From Rhynchobatus australiae (Eukaryota): DNA of 64,000 bases. The notes beneath the pieces are model-generated. The model did no database searches. It was not told where the DNA came from and saw only the letters and a program-made list of their open reading frames with translations. Of the stretch, positions 1 through 12,130 are shown in pieces. The stretch covers positions 74,045,139-74,109,138 of the forward strand of contig JAUZTB010000127.1 of assembly GCA_034780895.1 (NCBI GenBank). The letters are read 5' to 3'. Each line of letters starts with the position of its first letter. Position 1 is the stretch's first letter. Made by a program: the position numbers and the translations under genes.

Positions 1-1082
1 TTCCAGAATAATTAGTGATTCATTACATTCTTGGCACTGTATTACAATCAGATTCTACACATACATTAGAGGAGCACCCATGACTGACCGCCACACTGAG
101 TAAATGACACTGTTGCCCAAACACCTGGTAGCTATGCCCCTCCACTCTTCTTGCACGTTGATCCATCATAGCAATGGGTGGTGGAGGATGTTGACAATGA
201 CAGGAATGAAATGGAGAATGAGTGAGTGACAAGCATACAGGAGTACTGACTACACTGCGCTGTGGAAGGTGAAAGCAATGATAATCTATGAATGAGACTG
301 AAGCATGTGACTGAAGCACAAGCTTCCGAATGCTTCCTGCTGTGTCCCTTAGATGCCATCCTGAAGCGGTTCCAGAATATTCTTTCAAAAATAAATTTCA
401 TTCGTAAAAATTTTACTTCCCATTGACAGTTACCACAAAACCTTCAAGGGGCATAGGTGTCAGTAAATCTTCCAGAGGCCTTGTAAGAAGAAACCCACAT
501 TAAGTGCAGGTGGCTATATTCACATTAAAAATGGTCCCCATATGCAGCAATACTCAAAGTTCTGCAGCTTCTACAGTTTCAAGAAATCCTCATTTCTGCC
601 TTGAGCAGCTGATCTTGACAGCTGCAATTTCCAACTTTGGGGAAACTCAGAGGGCCTTCAACCACTTGTGTACATTTGAATAGGTTTAAATGAGACCAGT
701 GGTGATTCACTTGGTTAAATCATAGACAAGCAGCTGAAACACAAGGTGATTAATCCACCTGACATTCCTCACAGATTAAGTTTTCTATGCCACTCCAGCA
801 AAGTAATAATTAAAATGGCAAGAGATTTGAACTATCCTACTGAAACAAAAGCACTGACAAACAGAGTGGAAAGTTTACCAAATTTGAGTCTGAAGATAAA
901 TTTTAAATGATGGTTGGAGTTTAATGTAAAGAGCATCTTAACATTTCAAAATTGATTGGAAACGAAATGAAATGAAATATGGGAGCAGGGGAGGCTTATG
1001 GGATCAGACCACGGTGGGTGGAGGAGAAGCATCAAGATTGATTGATTTAACAACATTTATCTTCAAGTTTAATTTCTACATG

Positions 1083-1412
1083 TTAGCTCAGGAACAATAG
1101 CAGCATTCTTGGCTTGGATTTAGAAAACTGAACTCAGGCCTCACTGCAGATGCCTAACCCAAAATCCAGGCTCTAATCTGAGAAACAGTACTGATGGAAG
1201 GCTGCATTGTCAAAGGAGGTATTTAATCGAAGGACCCTTCTCAATTAGGCACTATTTCAAGGAATAGCTAGGCAAGTGATCTGAACATTGTTTTTGGATA
1301 TGGGAGCTTGTTGTGTGCATATGAGCCACTGTTCCTGTAATACAACAGTGGCAATACTTCATTGGCTGTGAAGTGCTTTGAAATGATCTGAGTTCTTGAA
1401 AAGTTCTCTAAA
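1083..1412 (+). mobile_element. Old Deu-domain SINE (SacSINE1/AmnSINE-like) with L2-type tail
   Basis: Deu-like motifs CAGTACTGATGGAAGGCTGCATTGTC, GGCACTATTTCAAGGAA and TGGGAGCTTGTTGTGTGCA, plus tail TACTTCATTGGCTGTGAAGTGCTTTG; related copies at 19012 and 52785. Confidence 0.65.
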
Positions 1413-3269
1413 GTTTCAAAGTATAATTACCAAACAACATAAAGCTTAAAGTGAGATCACTTATACCTGCTCGAGGATAATACTCTATCAAAGACTAAGC
1501 TCTCAGAGGCAGTATAGTAAGCCACATAATTCACATCTTTTAGAGAAGCTACTGCAAAGTTGTGAAAGGAATTGAAGACTGGGATAAAGAATCACAAGTC
1601 AATGATAGGGATCCTATCTGTACTTGTGATGAATTAATTATGGATCGTCACAGAGAGATGAGCTCAGGAGACAGAATCAAGGATAGAGACATGGTAATTT
1701 TCCAGAGTGCACATTGATACAGGGAACCTCACTGGTTGCCAACAAAATAGAGGAAAATTGCAAGTGCACTGCCAATGATTTTCTTGTGGCAGGAAAAGGT
1801 TGCTTCCTGCCATCCTCTCCTCAGAAAATAGACAGAGCAATTTTATGGAAAGCAGATATTTCAAGGCAGGATGGGAAAGGAGTTTTTTTCTTTAAGGAAA
1901 ACAATATGTTATTCAACTACTCACTCAGAAATATTTGACTGTGAATTCATCTAAGCCATTGCTCCACATCTGCCCATTCTCCACTTGAAAAGCCACTGTG
2001 AAAAAGTTGCTATGAGAAGAGGAGGAGAGATGCTAAAGTAAAAATAATACCACAAAAGATACCAAGTGCAAAAAAAAGTTAAATCGGAGCTTGAAACAAA
2101 AAGCACGTGATTTGGCATTACTTTCTTGGGCCTAGCAGGCCTCCCTGTACTGAGGTACAAAAGAGCCATAGGAAGCTCTGCCAGGCCTGGCAACCAGCTC
2201 AGCAAACCAGTCTTCAGCTGTCAATATTCAGATTGCTTTCAATGGGCCTCATGCTGTGGGTGTAGCAGGGCCAGCTCAAAGCCCATTTTGTGAGGTGAGC
2301 AGAGCCTCTGAAAACCTACATAGTCGACTTGCACAAAGCCTCAAGGGATTGCATTATGGGACCCCCACCCCCACCCAAAAACTTCTCTCTTTTTTTCCAT
2401 TCTTCATGGACTGCAGCACATTCTATCGTTGATTTATTTAAATTTACATTACTTAACATTTCCAATGAGTGCGGCATAAGTGCATTGTTTTTCTACTCAC
2501 TCTGTGGTATTCAGGGCCTATTCACAACATCCTCTGTTCTCCTAACTGCTATTAAATACTTCTGGTGTTCAGAGGCTGCATGCACTTCTGGGTTTGATAC
2601 TGAACTATACCCTCATCATCCACAGAACAGCATGCAACAAATCGAATCAGATATCTACTTTTCCAAACCAGTTGAACATGTTAGAGAACGCAAGTGACTG
2701 AATTGTTGGAGATCTCATCAGAATATGCACTGGGCATGATTCCTGGTACTGCTCACATTGGCGTGCAGAGAGCCACATGGCTCGTTTCTGTCTGAAGGTG
2801 GCTTAGTTGTGAAGGAAGAAAGCAAAAACTTTGATTTGCATTCTTGAAAGGTGGCATCTAAGAGGTGATCCTTGGAATTCATAAATACATTGGCATGGGG
2901 GAAGAAAAACACAAAATTACCTTAAGTTAAACTGTGAGAGAAGAAATAGGTTTCAAACTAGCAAATCTGCCCAAAAGTGAAATCACAAGATATTCTTCAC
3001 TAAAAGAACTGGAAATGGGTGGAATACATTTCTACATGGAGTAGTAGAGATGGAAACTAAAGAAGCATTTAAGAAAGTGTTCAATCCTGAATAGACACCA
3101 TTCTGGAGGGGTTCGGATCTGTTCAATCCAAAGTACTCTGGGCTGGTTTCTCACTCTTCAGTCTAAACTGAACATGAGCTTGTTTGAAATTCAGCTGCCC
3201 AAGCCATAACTCACAGCAAATCCTGTCACTGCAAGCTGGCACTCAGATCAGCAACATCTGTGTTTTAGA

Positions 3270-3625
3270 ACTCTCAACTTATGTTCAAATCCCTTCTTGG
3301 TCATGGGGATCATTATATCTTTAACCTCCTCCAGCGTTACAACCAAAAAAAGCTCTTCACTTCTCCAATTAAAGTTTGGTACACATTTCCAATTTTAATC
3401 TTCTCATCAACAGCAGCAATGGCCTTCAGTGTCATTCTCCCCAAGCTCCTGAATTCCCTTGAATATTTTCTCTCCTCTTTTCAAGAAGCTCCTTAAAACT
3501 TAATTCTTTAACCAAGCTTTTGGGCATTGCATTAATACCTCTTTAACTAACTTAGTGTCAATTTGAGTCTGATATTAATGTTCCTATAAGTCCATGTTAA
3601 TGGCACAATGCAAAAGAATTTTGTT
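3270..3625 (+). mobile_element. L2 LINE 3' end remnant
   Basis: Degenerate AFS..PKL.NSL and FKKLLKT.F motifs typical of the L2 ORF2 C-terminus, followed by a 3' UTR-like stretch. Confidence 0.55.
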
Positions 3626-3846
3626 GGCACTATTCATGAAATAAAATCACCCAAATGACTTTCCTAATTCGGAGTTAGCTTGTGATCCCATGGTCATGTA
3701 ATACCCATCAATACCACCATCTGGTCAATAAAATATCCGGGAGGATTTATTTCAACCAGCCTCAGCACCTGCAGAATGAGAGGGCACAAAACTGGAAAAC
3801 ATTTTATGAATTCATTCCTCTTCTCACTGGTCAGGCATTTACATAC

Positions 3847-3954
3847 CTGTCCTCCTTCAGTGACCACAGATGTTCACTCTCACTAACACCAGATGGTTCA
3901 GCAAGAGACACATCAAGTGCAACCAGATTTTTCCTTGCCCTTTGTCCTTCCTGT
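3847..3954 (-). other. Candidate 108-nt internal exon (phase 2-2) of an unidentified minus-strand gene
   Basis: Acceptor ttcttttggaatgtgttcag and donor CAG|GTATGT; length is a multiple of 3; only one open frame (QEGQRARKNLVALDVSLAEPSGVSESEHLWSLKED); no protein recognised. Confidence 0.25.
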
Positions 3955-4640
3955 CTGAACACATTCCAAAAGAACATTGTTTTCACGTTGCATTAAATGA
4001 CAAGCTTATACTCCAGTAGCAAATTTCATTCCTTGAGAATGACCTTCCGATGCCGATGTGTAGCAAATGCCTAACCACTTTAAGATCACAGATCAGAGCC
4101 CAGAAATCACCCAAGGCAATTCAGGTCCATTGTAAATGTTTGGCAGTGTTCTGACTCTGGAAATACCTTTAATTCTAGAACAGAATCACAACCTTAACTC
4201 TGAAATGTGAATATACAATATTACTTACACATGCACCCCTTCCCAGCTTCACCCTGCCAAATTCCTAGGAGATTGTTTCAAAAATTTTGAGGGGAGAGCA
4301 GAGAGGGAGGGTCATTGTTCCTCTATTACAAAAACAATCCACCTTCCCTGCAGAGTTTTAAACTTGAGTCAATAATCGTGGGTGTTAATTGGCATTCACA
4401 ATAAGTACTTGCTATAGTACTATTCAAGTTATTCTTCTATTGATGATACACAAATAAATCTCTAAGATCTGTATTTTTTTTCTCTAAAATCTGATAAAAG
4501 CAGTTTCTCTCCAGACTTTGTGGACCCAGCCTCCTTCCCCACCATCCCCTCAACAGTATCAAATTTAATCTTCCCAAGGAATAAATTCATCGGAGGCATA
4601 AGCACCCACAGTGTTGGACTCCTTCAATCTTTGATTAGCT

Positions 4641-5392
4641 CAAGGTTGAGAGAAGGGTAGGGGTAGGTTAAAAAAAAGGAGAATATGCAAGAGGAAGAGA
4701 TAGAAGAAGAGACCGAAGGGAAATCCTTAAATTGCTGATTTAAAAATAAGTTCCTAGTTGCAATATGGTTGACTAATGAGAAGTACTGCTCCTTCAGGAA
4801 AAAACAAAATATTCTAGGTGATCGATCTTACACTAAACCTCTTCCGCAGATTAATCGTGTTACAGGGTTTACAATGTTTGTTTTGAAACAATAAACGCTA
4901 ATGAAGTGGAGAATTCGTCACTGTGTATACATGCAGTGAGACCAGTCACGGTACTATTAGATTACTCTACCACTTCATCTGCATAGCCGAAAATGTTACA
5001 CGTGGCAGATCACCAACAAGTTTCTGAGAGGTCCTGTTGAAACCATCCGAATTCCAGCCCCCATGGTAAAAGAGACCGGCACTATCACATGCATGAATGA
5101 TAGATTTACATGTTGAGATAAGTATTCACCCAAAAGTGACTAAGGTGGCAGGTGAGCACAAAAGACTTTGCAAGGGAAATGGACATCAAACAACAGGAAA
5201 ATTATTAGGAGGTGTGTTTAATAGAATATTTTGTATTTTTTTCTGGAGGAGCAGTGCTTCTCATTAGTCAACCATGTTACATCTAGGAATGTTTTCATAT
5301 TTTTAAATCCACAATTTAGGGATCTCTATTTTACTATCTCTTTCTTGCATATTCACCCTTTTTACCTACCCCTACCCCTCTCCCAACCTTTG
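4641..5392. repeat. Long imperfect inverted repeat (arms 4641-4816 and 5222-5392), MITE/foldback-like
   Basis: The reverse complement of the right arm aligns along the left arm, e.g. GGGTAGGGGTAGGT, GAATATGCAAGA, ATGGTTGACTAATGAGAAG.ACTGCTCCT, ACAAAATATTCTA. Confidence 0.85.
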
Positions 5393-7849
5393 AAGTAGGT
5401 TTTTTAAGATAGAAAAGAGCGAGAAATAAAATAGAGTTAGGAAAATATTTCCCGAGTTAGAGGGGAGAAGTTGAAAGTTATGCTGCTGATAGTGGAGTGT
5501 TCAGTAGACCAAGGTTGAAGAGCTGAGAGTGTAAACTGCAGTAGAGGGCCAAAGAAAGGAAGTGATTTGATGGGTGTCCTTGGGCAAACTATGCTCTTGT
5601 GTCACAATTGGACAAAGCAGCATGAGGCTTGAAAACCTGTTCAACAATGATATCCCATGGCGAAACAGCTAGCCAATGTTGATCCATCCACAGCCAAGAG
5701 GAATGCATCTGTGAGGTACTGGAGAGTTCTGGGTACATTGAGAATGTTCCCCAAAAAGTGTCATGCCCCAAGTACTTACAGTGACAGAAGAACGAGAATA
5801 CTGCACCTTGGAGAATGGCTCCAGATAACAAAAAAACCTCAGACCCTAATGACTTTGATAAACACTTCACCTCCTGCCCTGTGACCTCATCAATGTCACG
5901 TAATCCTGCTTGATAGCAGGCTGTTGATTGTAGGACAGCCCCTTTCCTCAGCTCAGGAGACAGCCAGTACGAATACTACTTTACAGCAGACATTTTGCAA
6001 TGTGTTGAAAAAGTATGAAGTCAGACTTGCCACTNNNNNNNNNNCAGACATTACCTGCAACTATTTTTTTTGGGGTGGGGGGGTGTTGCTGGGAGACCGC
6101 TGTTGGGGAAGGCAACCAATTCAGGCCATTTATTATTTGCTGTCACAACTTGAAACAACCATTTTGAGTTTCCAGTCACATGCAAAAGATTAATACAGCA
6201 TTATCACCTACATAGAGATATGGTAAAACTTTTAGTTGTCAGAGATTCAAAGGTATCAGGACAATGATGTACAAAGCAGGTAACACTGACGGAAGTTATG
6301 TTCTCCACTCCACCCCCCCAAAACACTGCTACTCAGTCCTTTTTCCACAATAGCCTTAGAAAACGATCCCAATGTGTTCTTGTGCAACCTGCAACAGAGG
6401 CTCAGTAGTAGGGGTTAAGTCTGATCACACTGCAGACTTTCTCATTCTGGTGTGCTTGGTGCAAACAGGAACCTGTGAGTGGAGATGGGGAGAGAGGCAG
6501 TAGTAAGCTCACATCTGTACCAAACACCAGCTCATGATTCCAGGTTTTCCACTGAGGAAAAGTTTAAAAAAAAGAACTTCAAACTACACCACCTCTAGGA
6601 GGGAATGATTTTTCCTACAAAAAGGAGCTGCCTTTTCTAACCTATCCATAGTTAAGTAAAAACAATTACTGGGTCTCACACAGCAGTAATTTTGAATTAG
6701 TTATTATGTCACAGGAAAATTTTCTCATTATAATTTTTAACCGAAAGTGTTGGCAAGGAGTAGGTAGGGCCGTTAATGTTACAGAATCCACAGAGCAAAC
6801 ATTACAATCTTTGTTCAATAGAACAAAAACAGACAGCAAATATTTGTCTTGGGTGCAGAGTAGGAAAGAATTCAAAAAGGAACTGACCCTTTCCCTTTCT
6901 ATTACCAACTGACAAATAATAATATTTCAAGCTATCTCAGTGGTAAGATCTGTTACAATGGAGCAGAAGGTATCTCAAAAGCATTGTTTAGTGAACTCAG
7001 GAGGCGGCAAGGATCCAGCAGGTTTCTAAAACCGAATCCATTCATCAGCTTTTCTCCCTTCTGTCCTATTCTGCCAATTCTGAATCTTGTCAGACATTAG
7101 TTCAATCCACCCTTCAGCACCTCACTCAGGGAGCTGAAGTATGCACAACAGACCTCACAGTACTCAACTTTGGATCATCGTGGTCAATTTGCATTTGAAG
7201 CCAGTCCCCATCATGCACAAACACCTCCTGTGCAGGTTAAGGATCAGAAGCAGGAATCAAGGCCGTGTACCCCTGTCGCTGAAGAATGGCAAGAACTACA
7301 GACAGCCCAGACAACTTCAGCTGACTCAAGGAATCAGTTCTGGGACTTTGCTGTCTTCTACCTCTCAGCATCACAATGGGAAAGATCCTCTTCACTTAAA
7401 GGAGTATCCGGAAAGTGTCTCAGAGTAATAATTCAATTTTGGTCCTGCTATCACTCCAGCACATTCCAGAAAATATCTCTGCACCATCTATTGTACAATC
7501 TTTCACCTTAAGGGTGGTTAGAATTAAGAAAGGTTTCATTGAGTGACTTGCAAGTGGCCACAAGATCAACCTCTTAGACATCTGTGATCATAGAACTTAG
7601 TGAGCATGAAACAAAGAAAAAAATGATTAACAATCCTCTCCCATCCAATTATTGATGCAACTTCAGTTCTAAACCATACTCCGTTGTGGGACAGAAAAAA
7701 AAATGCCAGTAAAGTTTGAGATTTCAATCACTTTTGACAGAAATGAAACAAGTTTCAGGAGACGCTGAAATCCTATTAACTCCTTATGCCAAGCAGCAGA
7801 TTAGAAAATTGCTCACAAGAATGGGGTTTTTAAATTTATTCATTTTTCA

Positions 7850-8198
7850 GGATCCGAGTGTCACTGGAAAGGCCAGCATTTTTTACCCATCCCTAAATGC
7901 CCATGAACTGAGTGCCTTGCTATGACTTTTCAGAGGGTGTTTAAACTCAATTACATTAATTGTCTGGAGTTACATATAGCCCATAGATCTCCTCCCCTGA
8001 AGGGCATTAGTGAACTAGATGGATTCTTCCAATGGGTAGTTCTGTGGTAACCAATACAAGGATGGTCATTTTAAAATGTTATTTTATTAACTGAATTTAA
8101 GTTCCACAACAGCCATGGTGGGATTTGAACTCAGACTGAATTGTGAAGTCCAGACTTCTGGATTAATAGTTCAGTAATTTAACTTCTATGCCTCCATC
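7850..8198 (-). mobile_element. tRNA-headed SINE with CR1-group LINE tail
   Basis: Minus-strand B-box-like GAGTTCAAATCCC; body aligns with 28815-29165(-) and 23435-23710(+); tail aligns with the LINE tail at 44360-44435. Confidence 0.75.
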
Positions 8199-8769
8199 AT
8201 ACAGAGGTTGTTCCTTTGTAAAGGACTGCTACAATACCATACACACTAATACATCTTGTTCATTTATTGCAGAGTGTATTGACGCTCCAAGAAAGGAAGT
8301 ACTTCTTTGTATCTAAGCCAAATCATTAACTAAGGAATTTTAAGGAATTTACAGCCATGACTTTAGTCCCACCAACCCTATCTTTTTCAAATAAACCGCA
8401 TTCAGACTAAATTCAAACTCATTTAAATAACTTGGTCATACTCTCCTCTAAATNNNNNNNNNNNNNNNNNNNNNNNNNNNNNNNNNNNNNNNNNNNNNNN
8501 NNNNNNNNNNNNNNNNNNNNNNNNNNNNNNNNNNNNNNNNNNNNNNNNNNNNNCTTGGTCATACTATCCTCTAAATCTACACTTTCCACAATAAATCATT
8601 GGAGAAAAATTGCCTCCAAATTGTTTCTCTTAACTAGGGTCTTTAACTTTAACTGGCAGATTTCCTGCCTACTCCAAATCAAATAAAACCCAGCCAATTT
8701 TAATGATAACCCTTCAACTCCAGCCATCTGCTTCAGGAAGGCAGAAAGTCCACAAGAACCACTGGAAAA

Positions 8770-8905
8770 TCACATGGCTGAGAACATAAATGGGAATAGA
8801 CTATTTGCCCTTTCACATCTACTCCACCGTTCAATAAAATCATGGCTCATCCTTTACCACAGCACCTCTTCCCTGCACCAACCCCTTGATTTCCTTAATA
8901 TCTAT
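8770..8905 (-). mobile_element. CR1 3' tail remnant
   Basis: Similar to the CR1 tail at 42050-42190 (CCGTTCAATAAAATCATGGCT; AACCCCTTGATTTCCTTAATATC). Confidence 0.5.
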
Positions 8906-10269
8906 TACATATAATAAGGCTTTGTTCCACATAAAATTCTTCTGAATAGAGCAGCACCCTACAAATCGCATCAGTGAAAAAAAAATCAGATGAAGGATAA
9001 AGCACTGGTGATTTTGTGGATTGGGCACAAAGCACTGCATAAAATACCCATTTCCAGACTCAAAAACAAGGATCCCATATCTACTGGACCAAGAAGCCTT
9101 CAAGTTCAAGCTAACATTTCCAACAGGAAAAGTCATCTGCTCTCTTCTCTCAAATGAGCAGAGATTTTGGCCCTTAAACTTGGCATCATATCAGACACAA
9201 ATCCCAACTGCAAAATCATTTGTTTCCAGAGACTTAGAGATAGCCCTTCTCAAGATGGCCATCTTGGAAACCAAACCACAACCCTTTCCACAGGACACAG
9301 CTACATGGGTAGAGCTGAATTGTTGGCAGCCCTACTAAGTATTTCAATCTGTGTACAGAATTCAATTCAAAGCGTACAAAAGGAAGAAGACAGCTTTCTG
9401 TTCCAAAGGATAAGATTTCATGGCCAAGGATATTGTTCATTAATTGACTATTCACAGAACTCTCCACAATAACTTGCCTTTGGAATTTCAAATGCATGCT
9501 CCTGGACACCTCAAATTATTATTCTTTCTCATCTTCTCCCATTCTCTTCTAAAGGTGCCAAGAGCTGACCTTCAATGGTGTTATAAGTAACACAACTACG
9601 TTCACCAAGTAGCTTTTCTTTTGAATGCGGCAAAAGAACCAATAAGCATTTTACCAGAATAATAAAATCTAGGTCCTTTCAGTGACTTTCTGCCATCCAC
9701 ACCTTAGGGATGGTAAAGAGTGAGCAGCAACTTGAGTTTTTCTTTTTTCTTTCTCTGATCCAAAGCCACTGAAACCCATTACAGACAATACTGCTCTCCT
9801 AGCTGAAATCAGTTGCCTTATTATAAACCAACACAGAAATATTAATGTCAAAATCATACTGACCAGAAAGGTCAAACAGGTTATCCATTTGCCAAGTCAC
9901 ATATTAACGGCCTCCATGAATATTGTCGCTCTTTCACCTACCCATTGAAAGAATGTGCTGGAAAACACTTGTATAGTTGGACACACTGCATTTACTGACT
10001 CCATGGCATAATTAAAAAAAAGCAACACATCATTACTTTCCACTTGTTTCATCACAGACAAGTTGTTGAAGCAACATTCCCCTTGAAGATTAAAAGCAAT
10101 CAATACAAAGCACAGCCTGCATTTCCATCACCTTTCTCAAGAGTCTCNNNNNNNNNNNNNNNNNNNNNTTCATAACATCATGATTTCCAAATTTCAACAA
10201 ATCATTTACATATTTATAACTATTTTTTGCTTGACATACTTTTCCAAAGATTTCATAAACACTAAATAT

Positions 10270-10345
10270 GCATGGGTAACTTGATGGTTGGCATTGCTAT
10301 GGTGGGCAGAAGGGTCTGTTTCAGTTCCGTATGACTCCATGACTC
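10270..10345 (+). mobile_element. CR1/HE1 3' tail
   Basis: GGTGGGCAGAAGGGTCTGTTTC followed by (TATGACTC)-like terminal repeats. Confidence 0.6.
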
Positions 10346-10447
10346 AATTATTCTAATACCCTCACATATTTAATGCAATAGCTAATTTTGTAACCATGTT
10401 TTCAATAAGGAGGCAGATTGTGCTGACAGTTATCGGGCATTTTCATA

Positions 10448-10800
10448 GAGAACACCATCTATAAATTCGCCAACACCATTGTTGTTGACAGAATCTCAGA
10501 CGGCGATGAGGCGGCGTACAGGAGTGAAATAGATCAGCTGGTTGAGTGGTCATGCCCTCTTTATGTTACTACCATCAGGTAGGAGGTACAGAAGCCTGAA
10601 GACCCCCACCCAGCATTTCAGGAATGGCTTCTTCTCCTCCACCATTAGATTACTGAATGGTCCATGAAGTCCTCATTATTCCTCTTTTGCACAATTTATT
10701 TTTGTGACTTATAGTCATTTTTATGTCTTGCGCTGTACTGCTGCCACAAAAGAACAAATTTCACGACATATGTCAGTGATAATAAACCTGATTCTGATTT
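10448..10800 (+). mobile_element. Rex1/Babar-type LINE fragment with internal deletion
   Basis: RT segment NTIYKFA...RISDGDEAAYRSEIDQLVEW fused at ~10550 to C-terminal HALFMLLPSGRRYRSLKT, then 3' UTR ending AATAAACCTGATTCTGATT. Confidence 0.8.
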
Positions 10801-11660
10801 TCTGCAGTGTATGCATCAGCACATGCCAGCCTTCACATCACCTACTGAGGCACAGAATACGCTGGGGGGCAAATGGAAGAGCATCCAGCACAACTTCATT
10901 CTTTTGAATGAGCATGCCACCTTCCACTGGAAAAATGAAGGCAGTGATTAATTTATTAATAAATTTCATATTGATATTTTTGATGATTTACCCACATTCA
11001 ATGCAAATTTTAGACAAACTTAATTTTTAATTTGACCATTCTATTTACTTAAACAATTTTCAGCTGACAACTAGAGACATCTGAAAACAGTGTAAAAGCC
11101 TGTTGACACCATGAGCTATCAGAAGTCCATCAGAGCGAGTCCTTTACTTCTCTTGTAATCCATTTGCCACTTGGGGACCACTCTGCTTTGTAGGTGGACT
11201 GTGGAAGCAACACCACAATGGTGTTGGGAGCCACACAGTTGTGAAAGCAAATGCAATCACTATTTTCACATGGCGAACAAACATGAGGTGGAGGCTGGGT
11301 CCAGCATGATCATGCTTAATGTACATGGGAGAGAAGTGAATTGTTTTTGCAGTAACCTCTTTAATTGTGAAAAGCAACCAGCTGTATAATTACAGGTCTG
11401 TCCTTCAAGATTTGTAACTACAAGAAGTGTTCTGACCTATCTAGCACCAGGATACACTTGATGGTCACAATTCCACCAGAATTTATAATGGAAAGAATGT
11501 GAAGCAATAAAATCAAGGGAGGAATGGGAAATTCCACAATGTGGAAGCATTTTGAAGCATTAACAGTAATTTTCTTTGATTCATCAGTGGCATATGGGAT
11601 CAAACTCTGCATAGTTCAGCACTACAACAGTGCATTTACTCATTGAAATGAAGATTCTGA

Positions 11661-11845
11661 CTCTATGACTTTCCTCTTTAAAAATTGCTATTGGAAGTTA
11701 AAATGCAACCACACTATTACTTAAGGATTAACTTTGTTATGTAGCAAGATGTGTACACTAACTAACTTCATCTGTATGGAGTTTGACCTCACTGGTGGCT
11801 GTTTGCAAAGGCATATTGGAAACCAGTAGCCTTGCAATATTATTG
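11661..11845 (+). repeat. Copy 1 of a ~185-bp direct duplication flanking a CR1 insertion
   Basis: Colinear with 14445-14632 (CTCTATGACTTTCCTCTTT ... TAACTTCATCTGTA ... GGAGTTTG.CCTCAC.GGTGGCTGTT ... AAACCAG.AGCCTTG). Confidence 0.9.
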
Positions 11846-12130
11846 AAGATCAAGGAGAGGGAGATGGTAGAGGGCTGTTTTAGTGATTGGGTGCCTATTA
11901 CAAGTGGTGTTCCTCAGGGATTAGGCTGGGACACTTGCTGCTTGATTTGGATGTGGAAGCAAGGAGGTATGATCAGCAAGTTTGCAGATGGCACGAAAAT
12001 TAGCAAAGTCATGATTAATGTGGAGAGTAGTCTTAGGCTACAGAGTGATATTAATGTGTTGGGGAAATGGGCTGATAAATGGCAGATGGAGTTCAATCCT
12101 GATAAGCGCGAAACTATGCATGTTGGATGC
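11846..12130 (+). mobile_element. CR1 LINE ORF2 (RT) fragment, 5'-truncated, left part
   Basis: MVEGCFSDWVPITSGVPQG, MISKFADGTKI and WADKWQMEFNPDK motifs of CR1 reverse transcriptase. Confidence 0.9.

Noticed and set aside
7101-7511. Open frame of ~136 codons on + (includes ORF 7170-7511)
   Set aside because: No ATG start, no recognisable domain and no convincing splice pair; ORFs of this length occur by chance
8431-8576. 23-bp direct repeat on both sides of a 100-N gap
   Set aside because: Typical unmerged contig overlap with one mismatch; assembly artefact
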